Shown: positions 50,777-61,670 of the stretch, in pieces
Layout of the letters: each line of letters opens with the position of its first letter
How positions within the stretch are numbered: position 1 is the first letter of the stretch
DNA from: Geosiphon pyriformis uo1
Taxonomy: Eukaryota > Fungi > Glomeromycota
Length of the DNA stretch: 64,000 nt
Assembly: GCA_016748015.1 (NCBI GenBank)
Contig: JAAOMT010000762.1
Location: 558,001 to 622,000, forward strand
Reading direction: 5' to 3'
The notes under the pieces: generated by a model
Told to the model about the DNA's origin: nothing
What the model saw: the letters and a program-made list of their open reading frames with translations, nothing else
The model's database searches: none
Position numbers and translations under genes: made by a program

Positions 50777-52162
50777 ATAAACCCCAAAAACTACAACAAT
50801 CTTAAACAATATTTGGAGACATTAACAATTCCAACAGATTGGTCCTCAGATAAAAAACATCCGTTACTACAATAAGCCAAACAATACTTCTTATACAACA
50901 ACATGATTTATTATCAAAACTTCAAAAACCCAGACAATCCACTCAGATTAATACAAGAACATGAAAAAGAAACTATTTTATATAACATGCACTCAGACCT
51001 TTTATCAGCACACCTAGGAAAAGACAGCACCACCCAGAAAACACTAGAATATTACTTTTGGCCTCAAATGAGAAAAGATATTCATGAATACATTAAGTCT
51101 TGTAATAGTTGTCAAAGAAGAGAAGGAACTCACTCTACAGAACCTTTAAACCCAATCAAAGTTGGACAGCCTTTTGACTGAGTTCGTATTGATTTAATCA
51201 GACCACTACCTATCACAAACCAAGAAAACCATTATATTGCAGTAGCTGTAGACTATCTCACCAAATGGCCTAAAGCCAGAGCCATTCAACAAGCAGATAC
51301 AAAATCAGTAGCAAACTTTATCTACGAAAACATTATTTGTAAACATGGATGCCCAATAGAACTTTTATCTGATCAAGGAACACATTTCGTGAACAATTTA
51401 ATCCAGAAAATTTGTGGATGATTTAATGTCAAAAGACTATTATCTTCACCCTACCATCCACAAACAAATAGACTTGTAGAACATTTCAACAGAATATTGT
51501 GTGAATCATTAGCCAAAGTCTCAACCAATTTTGAGCAAGAATAGAATTTCTTTATTCCATCAGTATTACTAGCATATAGAACACTAAAACAAGATACCAC
51601 AAAACACATACCATTTGATTTAACCTATGGAAAGACAGCAATATTACTAATTAGTTTTATAATGGAAACATACACAGTACAACCAATTAATAAAGACAAC
51701 TTTCAAGAAACACTACAATGAAAAGCCTACACTCTACTTAGCACATTGGAAGAAAAACAACAAATAGCAGCCACCCATATTAAACACTTTCAAGCTCAAC
51801 AAAAAGAATAGCATGACAACAAATTGCCTTCAGTTACCAATGAATTTAAAATCAGAAACAAAGTTCTCTTACACAGAACTAAAGCTAAAAAACAATGAAG
51901 TGGAAAATTTGAAAATAAATGGGATGGACCATTCTTTATCCATGAAGTCCTAGACAACAGATCATACAAACTAAGACTTGATGACAAAATCCTAGCAAAA
52001 GTTGCACATGGAGATCATTTGAAACACTATAATTCCAGACACAATCCTGAACCATTAATTCCACAAATTGGTACACATTCCTCTTTAATCAATTCTGAAG
52101 ATATTCCCCGAAATTTAGAACCAATAGTTGTCATTGAACAACCTCTCAACTTGAACACTTAA
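50777..52162 (+). pseudogene. Element C integrase in a separate reading frame (HHCC, DDE core, GPF/SH3-like tail, no chromodomain)
   Basis: MHSDLLSAHLG...SCNSCQ, IDLIRPL, AVDYLTKWP, LSDQGTHF, YHPQTNRLVE, KWDGPF. Frame is +1 relative to RT; start codon ATA inferred from ATG. Confidence 0.9.
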
Positions 52163-52285
52163 TTTAAATTTATTATTATAGTTATCTCCTTATAATTTAG
52201 AAACAATCTCACAAAAACAAAGCAAAAATAACATAAAAACCCATTCACCAAAAATAATTTTCTGTTATTTTTCAAATCTTTTATA

Positions 52286-53005
52286 ATAACTATTCCTCAA
52301 AACATTCAACAATTATCCCAAAAACTAATGTTAATTTTAAAAACAATACCTGAATTATTCATTACTATTACTGGAAACCACATTAATTATACCCAAACAG
52401 AAGTAGTTACAAATTTAGCCCCAAATTCACAAAAATATCACCCATATAAGAAAAACACAAGAAGTTATTCTGGAATTCACCTGCCAGAACTTTTAAAGCT
52501 TGTTTTAAGAGAAAACTTAATGCTCACTCTTATTAGTATTCCACAAAATGCTACTATTCAACAAAAACTTCAACTGTGTCTTAATGAAGAAAACTACAAC
52601 TATACTCTAATATATAGATATTTTTACATTGGAAAAACACTTCACAAATGAAAACGGGAGCTTACAGCAGCAAACCTCACAAAAGAAGCTATTTGGAAAC
52701 AACTCCACAATAAATTCAAGACAACAGCTGGACCTACAAACAGTCATTATAAACTAAGAGCTGCTCTTAGACTTTATGACCTATTCCACACCTGTGAAAA
52801 CGTCTTACAAAACCCAATTTTACAGCCTTTAAAGATTCAATATATTGGAAAGCTCACAGAACTGAAATTTCAACAATTTTCAGACCAAATTTTTTCAATA
52901 ATTTTGGATTATTATCTGGAAATTACAGACAGTACTTGGACTTCGATAGAGCTCAATCTTGAGGAGGAGATTATGTTACCAGATAAAATTAGAGATATTG
53001 CTTAG
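52286..53005 (+). pseudogene. Element C ORF3, ~240 aa protein of unknown function overlapping the PPT and 3' LTR
   Basis: One frame with a single TGA (52649, CGA-derived). Continues KRELTAAN...LRAALRLYDLF...YIGKLTELKFQQF...LNLEEEIMLPDKIRDIA*. Start codon inferred from ATA. Confidence 0.75.
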
Positions 53006-56000
53006 CATGAAATTACTCTTATAATTTTTATCATTAATTAGCATTTCAAATTATCACTTATTATATTTAGCAAAATACCTGAAATTATTATTTAATTTAT
53101 AACCCAATTTGTACATAACACAAATGTAACCTAATTGCAATAATCAATTATGCAATACCCCAAACTATGTAACATTTAAGAGCTTGCCAAAATTTGTAAA
53201 AATTTGCCGAAATAATTGATAGTTTACTGAAATATTTAATAGTTTGCAGAAATAACTTGTAGTTCGCCAAAATGTATCTTTAGTGCAGCAAAATTGTAGA
53301 AAAGAGCAAAGTTCAAGTTCATAGAATAGTGTTACAACAAGTTGTATAAAAGAAGAGCTTCTCTTTTTAAGAAAATGTATCTTACTTCAGATTTAACAAT
53401 TAGAATTATTCTTTACACACAAAAACAAAATAAATATCAAATAATTCGAAAAATCAAATCCTTAATTATTTCCTTTTTGAAATTAACCAATTCTTACTAA
53501 ACAGTTTTGAAATTGATTAGCTACCAATTTCAATAAACTGTTAGTGACTCCAGGCCTGGATAGAAAATGTTTTTTTTGACAGAATTCTATTTCTTTTACA
53601 TTTCTTTTATTGTCTTTCTTTTATTTTCTTATTATAATCATTAGGGTAGCCTATAGACAAGATTTCTGTAGAAGAGTTGACTTTCACAGCAAAGTAACTA
53701 CACATTTTTAGTGAGCTTCTAGACGAGCAATTCCTAGAAAAGAGTTGACGTTTACTACAACATAACTACACAAAGCAACTGGCATGGGATTGGCCATTCT
53801 ACTTATAAGCCCAGCGGTTCAAATTATAAGAAATAATTTGAAAATAAATTCAGTTATTGGTGATTCAAACACTTCCCATAGTTGTGAATTAACAGCATTA
53901 CAACAAACATACAAGAACTAAGAAGAGACCAAAAACCTCCGGTAATATCGGGTTAATATAGTTTGTTGTCTATCACTTCTCAGAATTATAATTCTGTCAA
54001 TTTTTTTCTCAATGTGGTGGCTGGCAATCTTCTGGTAAGCTATCCTCAAATTGAGTGTCTATCCTTATCCCTAGGTCTTTTACCAGTGCTATATCCTGAC
54101 ATCAATAATTCAATACTTAATTTTTAATTAATTAGTATACAATGATAAAAGAAAAAATAAAAGAAAAAAAAGTTAACAAAGAAAAATAAGCCAAGACAAT
54201 TAAGTTAGTATCTTGTCAATAGCCATGATCAAGAATTATTGTTTTAGTGTGGTCAAGTATGTGTTATTATTAACATAAAGTATTAATAGTAGAAAATGAA
54301 TTAAGATAGCAAATAGTTATTTATTGATATTTGTGATTTGGAAGATTGTTTTAAATAAAATCTAAACTGAGAGATCTGTTTTTTCTGCTTCTAATACTAC
54401 TGCTATATATATATATTTGAGATTTCTCAATTCTTTCATTCTTTCTGCCAAGAATTTTAGAATTCCTGGAATTTTGCAATTTCTTGAGAAGAATTCTACA
54501 ATTCTGTAATTCTGTAATTCCTTGTATAAGAATTTTGTAATTTCTGGAATTCTGTAATTTCTCTGAGAAGAATCCTGAAATTCCATATTTTACTACATTT
54601 TACTTCTGATTGACTAATATATACTACTATGATTCTTATCTTTTATGAGTAATATTATTCTCTCTTTTTAATATTGAGCTCCATTGAGATCTCTGAACTC
54701 TCTTAATTCTTTTTTCTTGATTATTTTTTGCACTTTTTTTTCAAGAATTACTTGTGTTATTTTGGTCTGTAATTTTTTAAATTGGACATTGGTCATTTTA
54801 CCCATTTGATTCATAGTAACTGTATCCATTATTGTGTTAAGTAGTATTTCTGGTCAGTCTTAAAATCCAGCATGTAATCAATAGATGATTCTTACTTGTG
54901 TTGTTAGATTGTTTTTTTCCACAAATTGCTCAAGTTATTGCAGTATTGTTGTATCGAATAATTGTTTTGTTTTATCTGTATATAAGTTCTGAATATTCAA
55001 ATATTGTTCCAAATAGAAATAACAAAAGTTTCTTGGAAATTGTTGTATCCATCAATTCCCATGTTTCTATCATCAATTCTTGATATGATATATCTTCTGT
55101 TTGTATTTTTATTGTCTTTTTTACTTTTGTTATTATCTTGTCAATGATGTTTTCTGGTTTTTTTTGTTCTTTATGTTGAAGTCTCTTTTTTGTATTTTTA
55201 TATTGAATAGTTTGTTAGTTAATGATAATTTTCATATTCTGTTGTTAAATCAGTTGGAATAGTTGTTGTACCAATGTGTATATCTTGTTAGTAATTTCCA
55301 TTTTTTTGGTATCTTTTGTCATATATACTGTGTCTTTATATATTCTTTTGGTTGTTTAATTTGATGTGTTTGGTTCAATAATTATTATTGGTTCCAGATC
55401 TTATAGAATTTTATTTGGTTGAACTAGTATTTATTGTACTTCCAGTTGTGAAAAATTATTGATGGATAATAATACTATATGATAATATGGTTTCAGTTAA
55501 TTACCATGTGCTGCTTTGGCTAAAATTTTGTTGTTCCATCTTAATTTATATGTTCTATTTCCAAGAATTTCTTCTATGTAAAATGGTCTGTCTTATTTGG
55601 GATTAAATTTTTCATTTTATTGTTTTTCCACTTTGGTACAATATAAAAGTACTTTGTTTCTAATTCTGAATTTAATTGGTTTATCTGGTAGTTGGTTATT
55701 ATGTCTTTCTTTTTGTTTTTCTTGTGACTTTTAAATATTATTAGCTGCTCTTTACCATTTGTTTTCTAGTGTTTCTATTAAGTCATATGTTTTTCTTAAT
55801 AATGTTTTTTGTAAATTGTCTTCTGTTATTGGTTCAGTTAGATACGTATTGACTTCTATTTCAACTGGTAAGATTATTGTTCTATCATATACTAATTCAA
55901 ATAGTATTGCTTGTGTAGTATCTTGTTTCATTGTTCGATAAGCAAATAATACTAATAATATAAACAAATCCTATTCATCTTAATTTTTTTGACTAATTTT

Positions 56001-59000
56001 GGCAATTGATTTACACAATATTCTATTGAATCTTTTGACTAAGCCATTGGTTTGTGGATAATATAGTGATGATAATAATCTTTTTATTCCAAATCTTTGA
56101 CTTAATTCTGCCAATATTCTATTTACAAAATGAGTTTCTTGGTTGGATAGTAATTCCTTTGGGCATTTATGTCAACAAATCAAATCTTGATAAACAAATT
56201 TGACAACAGATTTTGCATCTGCTCTTTGAATGGTTTTTGCTTTTGGCCACTTAATAAGATAATCCATGGCTACTGCAATATATCTGTTTCCTTTGCTGGT
56301 TATTGTTAATAGTCTAACTAAGTTAATTTCAATGTAATTGAATAGTTGTCCTACTTTAATTGGTCTCAATGGCTCACTGGGTTTTGTTCCTTTTTTTTTT
56401 GACAAGCATCATAATTTTGAACATATTGGATGATATCTGGATATATGAATGGCCAATAGTATTTTTTTCTGGTTCTTTCTATAATTGCTTCTTTATGGAA
56501 ATGTCCTGCTGTTAGATCTGAGTGCATATTAAATAGTATTGTTTCTTTCTCTGGTTTCGTAATTACTCTAAGTAGTTGGTCTGAATTCTTTCTGTTTTTC
56601 CAATATAAGATATTTTGGTAAGTGATAAAATATTTGGATTGTTGTTTTATGTTGTTTCATTTTTTTGGAGATAATTTCTCCTTAAACTGCTGGGTATTAA
56701 TATAATGTTGGAGTTGTTGATATTTTTGTGTATTTATTTTTTTTATATTTTTGGGTTAAAATGTTAGATTTGTCTCATTTGTGACAAACTATTAGTATTT
56801 CTGTTTTTTTTCCCTTTTTGTAATGTACTGTATAATTAAATAGTAAAAGTTCTATTTTCCATCTAGCATGGTAATTGTCTTCAAATTTTTGCTTCTGAAT
56901 TGAAGTTAATCCTTTATAATCAGTGTATATGTTAAATTTCTGACTTAAGTATTTCTTCCATTTCATAACTGCTCAATATATTGCTAAGTGTTCTAGTGCT
57001 GAAGTTTCATAGTTCTTTTTAGCTGAACTTAAGCTACAACTAGCATATACTACTGGGTGTTTTCTTCCATCTGGCTCTTTCTGAAATAATACAGCTCCTA
57101 ATGTTTGACCTAATGTATTGGTTGTGATTATGAATGGCTTGCTATAATCTGGATAGATTAATACTGGAGCTTGAATAAGCTTTCTTCTTAATGTATCAAA
57201 AGCTTTTTGCTGGGTTTTTGTCTATTCATATTTGGTATTCTTTGTTTGGAGCTGGTGTAATAACTGAGCCAGTTTAGAAAAGTCTTTAATGAAACATCAG
57301 TAGTAACCTACAAATTCTAAGAATGCTCATAGTTTAGTTAAGTTAATGGGTACTGGAAAGTTTTTAACTATTTTAATTTTGTCTGGATCCATCTTGATTC
57401 TGTCTTTGCTCATAATATGTCTTAAGAATTTTAATTTTGTTTTGCCAAAGAAGCATTTGGTGGCATTTAACTTTAATTTGGCTCTTCTTAGTCTTTCAAA
57501 TACTTGTTAGAGATGATGTAAATAATCATTAAATGTCTTGGAGAACACATTGGTATTATCTAAGTAAACAACTACTGATTTCCATAATAGTCTAGTATAG
57601 ACAATTTTTATGAGCTGTTAAAATATGGCTGGAGCATTTATTAAGCCAAAAAACATAATTCAAAATTCAAAATTTTTTTTTTGGATTGTAAAAGCCATTT
57701 TTTCCTTATTTTCTGGTTTCATGGCTACTTGCCAGTAATCACTGTTTAAATCTAAAGTTAAAAACCATTTTTTTTTTCAAAAGCATTGAAAAGTTCTTGG
57801 ATCTTTAGAGTTAGATAACTATCTCCTTTTATTACTCTATTAAGTTTTTGGTAATCTACACAAAAGTGGATTTTTCTATTTTTTTTACAGACTAGTACTA
57901 CTGGTAATGACTATGAACTTATTGATAGTTGAATTAATCTATTGTTTAACATCTGATTGATTTCTTGTTAGATGATTTCATGGCTTGCTAATGGTACTTA
58001 ATATGCTCTTTGTTTGATTGGCATAACATCTCCAGTTTTAATTTAATGTTGGATTATGTTAGTTCTGCCAAATTTATTTTTACTGGCAAAGATGTTGTTA
58101 AAGTTGTTGAGTAATATCTTCAGCTGCATATGTTGTAGTAAGTCTAAATTTCTCAAGTTTATCTGTTTTAATTGTTCTAATTAGAGTAAATAGACATTTT
58201 TTTTGTCCATATATTGTTTGTAATATGATGTCTACATATTTACACAGTTGTGGAAAAACTGGAATAGAATTTGGTGGTTGTTCTTTAACTTTAGTGCTTA
58301 AATATTTGATGGTGATTTCTTTTGTTATTTCAATGATATCTTCTGTTATATTGTAAATGGGAATCTTGATGTGTTTAAGACTTTTGGCTGGTATGTAAAA
58401 ATTGGTGAGTTCAACTTTTTCTGATTCACATATTGCAGCTTCTGCTTCAAACATTTGGGCCTGATTCTTTACTTTTTTTTCTATGGCTAACATGTACTAA
58501 TTATATGGCAGAATGGAAATTGATTAACAGGTGGAGATAATTTCTCCCTTGTTAATAACCTTTTCCTCTGCCATATTGACTGGTACATTTATTCTACACA
58601 TGGATTCGAATCTACTTATTTCTCTAGCTGTAATTCCTAATTTTTCTTTGTTTTCTATTGATATTAACTGAGCTATTTTAACCAGAAGTAGGAATATTGT
58701 CTGTGCTATCTTTTTATTTAACTCTATAATATAGGCTTTTTTTAAGTCATTTTGTAGCATTGTAATGATATTTCTTATATATCTTGCATCAATTATTTCT
58801 TTTCTAATGTTAATTCCTTTTTTTGCTAAACTATTTCTGGATGCTAACTGAACCATTGTTGTTGCTGGAATTTTCAGTGCTACTTTTAGATTAATATATA
58901 TACATAAATGTGGTTCTAATTTAATGGTCTTTTTTCCTGAATATCTCAAATCAAACTCTGCATTGATATTATGCACACATTTTGGCATGATACTTTCATT

Positions 59001-61670
59001 ATTATCACTGAATTATTTAAGTTTCTGCTTTTTGGTAAGATCAGAAAGCATGATATATTGTTTGGGGTTTGAATCTAAATTCAAATCATTGTTATTTTCC
59101 TGGCTATTTTAAACAGAACTGAACTTATTGTTTTTATTGTTATCATTGTCAGAGTTTGAATTGGAGTTGAATATTGATTCTAATTCTGATGTGCAGCTGT
59201 TAATTAGTTTTTCTTCCTTTGAGATCATGTAAATCATGTATGGTAGAAGATTGTAAATAAGGTTACACTCATTACAATATTGAAAGTCATATGGAATCAA
59301 ACAGTGGTCACATAATCAGATATTTAATTGTTTTAAACATTACTCTTGTTCTTCCTTAGTGAGTGCTAGATTCTGATAATGTTTGTGGAATTGTTCTGAA
59401 TTCATAGCATCAAAGACAATATTGGAGTTCGAAATCCAATCAAGTTTTATGGGTTCTGGTGGGTTATTTTTTATTTTTCTTATTTCTTCTTTTGATATGT
59501 CTTCAATTTTGGTGAAAGCCATTTGCCAGATTTTATTGTTGTCATGTGGACAACCATTTAAGTGTTTTACTACTCTTTTCTAGACAGCATCTATTGGTGT
59601 TTTTTTGCATACTTAATTACTGATTAGAATTGTGTATTGGCATAATTTGTTGCATATTCCTTCTTTTTCAGGAATGTTATTCCACATTTTTTTATCAAGA
59701 AGAGTTTCTCTACAAGCCAAGTATGGTTTGTTGTTCTATTTTTCTTGTTGTTTAGGTCATTCAAACTATTCAAAGATGTATAAACAACAGTAATATTTTG
59801 TGGTTGTTGGTCAGTCCTCATTATTACTACAACATGTGTCTATTGTTAACAATTTTTTGCCATAATTGACACAAGTTAGCTTGAGTCAATAATAGTTTGG
59901 CTGTGATTAAGTGATAGTGAAGTATGTTGTTGAGTTAAAGGTGGTGGCTTGAGTTTTTTCTTTTCTTTTTTCTTCTTATGTAGGCATTAGTGGTAGATTG
60001 TTGTGGTCAGTATTAGCCCATAAGACTTCATAAGCTTTTTAGATGGGTTTTTTCTCTTTTTTTTCTAATTTTATTAGTGGCTGTTCATTGGTGATGGTTC
60101 TGAAATAATTGTAGGTTGCTGGTACTCAAGTGTGTTAGCCATTCTGGCTGAGTTGTAGTTTCTGAGTATTCCAGTTAAGCACAGCATTAGTCTTGGACAG
60201 CCAGTTATTACCAACTAGTGCTTGGTACTAGATGGCTTCCATAATGAGAACTTTAATTGGTGTGACAATGCCATTGACTTTAAAGAAAAAGTCGTTGATT
60301 TTGCTTATTAGAGTCTTTGTTGCCCTATTGGCAGTAATTATTCATGTACTGGCAGTACAATCAACTTGGTGACCTAATTGATCCATGAATTTTTGAATAA
60401 TGATGCTGCCAGCTGATCTACTGTTTAGAATCAGTTTAATGGGCTGAACATCAACTTTAGCATCTGTATACATTGCTATGATAGGTTTTGATTCTAAAAT
60501 GGCTCTATTGAATAATGACATTTCAACTGGTTTCTTGAGTTCAAAAGAAAAAATGGCAGTAAGTAATTTATTTTCAGTAATAGTAATTGATAATATGTTG
60601 TTGGTAAGTAACTGCTTTTGTTTGGATTCCAGCTTATTGGATGAGGCATTTTTTGGGATAACCAGGAAACTTAAATAGTTTTGGGAATTTGGATTTTGGC
60701 TGTACCCAATTCCCAAACTTTACTGCCATAATCTTGCTGGCTGCTGAGATGAGCTGGGAATTGGCTGATGTATCACCATCACCAATTGCCAGTTTTATTG
60801 AGTGTATGTGATTTTTGGCCTTGGATTTCTGGATATCTGAACTGAATTTTGGGGTGGTATAGTAACAGGTTGTAATTAATAAATTACTTGTGGCTGTGAT
60901 TGATAAATAACTAAAGCTGGGGTTTGATAGATTAGAAGTACATATATTGGTTATTGTGTTATTTGTGGGTAATAGGATTGATATTGATATGATTTAGTTG
61001 ATAGATTGTTGATATAGTTTTGGTTTGAAATCTGCGATTAGGGTTTTGATATTAATTACTCAATTGTTGACTATTAATTCTGGCATAGCAGTCAACCTTA
61101 ATGTGATCTTGTTTACCATAATTGTGGCAAATATGTGTTTTTTGCTGCCACAATAATTATGTTACTGCAGAACATGACTGATTTTGGTGCTGATTAATGG
61201 TTCTAGAATTGTCACGACATTGTGGCAATTAATATATGGCCTAATTATTATTAGCTAAGTACCCTTCTAGTTTTTGATTAATTGAATTACTAAATTGTTT
61301 CAATTTAAAATCCAATTCAGATAATCTATTCATTATTAGATTGATGGCTTGGGCATGGTTTGCTTCGAGTTTGGCAGATTTGAAATCTCATGTATTAGTA
61401 ACTGCATCTTGGAAAGTTTGCAGGTGCATTGGGCATATGCATTGGAGAATGCTACTGCATAGTTCACGAATAAACTGGTTCAGAATCTGTGATGCTGTAA
61501 AGTAATTCACATTAATCACTTGTATTTGACACAAGTTTCTATAAAAGCATCTTAGGTAAGTAGTAACTGCTTTAGTTTCTCTTTGCTTAATAATAGTAAA
61601 GATATTGGCTAAGTGGTTAATACTATTATTGTTGCTAAAATATCTCAAGAACTTCATTTTAAACATGTCA

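Larger units (their letters stand above)
44075..53947 (+). mobile_element. Full-length Ty3/Gypsy family C (9.87 kb), the youngest element in the window: 974-bp LTRs 44075-45048 and 52974-53947
   Basis: LTRs ~93% identical with 10-bp terminal inverted repeats TGTTACCAGA/TCTGGTAACA. TSD TCAG/TCGG, PBS-like TGGTGCTCTTCC at 45051, PPT GAGGAGGAGA at 52961-52970. Confidence 0.97.
43888..61670 (-). mobile_element. Ty3/Gypsy family D, 5'-truncated in gag: gag (~60700-61670), protease (~60200-60480), Cys-rich region, dUTPase (~58590-59000), RT-RNase H (to 56764), separate integrase (56737 to ~55350), ORF3, PPT, 3' LTR (53948-54654 + 43888-44074) split by element C
   Basis: ORF-track peptides QILNQFIREL (gag), LILNSRSAGS (protease), NAEFDLRY..QLASRNSLAKKG..IIDARY..KIAQ (dUTPase) and VAMDYLIKWPKA (integrase). 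The LTR halves rejoin to match the solo LTR. Confidence 0.9.

Noticed and set aside
51850-52160. Chromodomain at the integrase C-terminus
   Set aside because: Only a GPF/SH3-like module and a short EPIVVI tail are visible, with no YLVKW-type motif.
52286-53005. env gene in ORF3
   Set aside because: Too short, with no visible signal peptide, furin site plus fusion peptide, or transmembrane helix.
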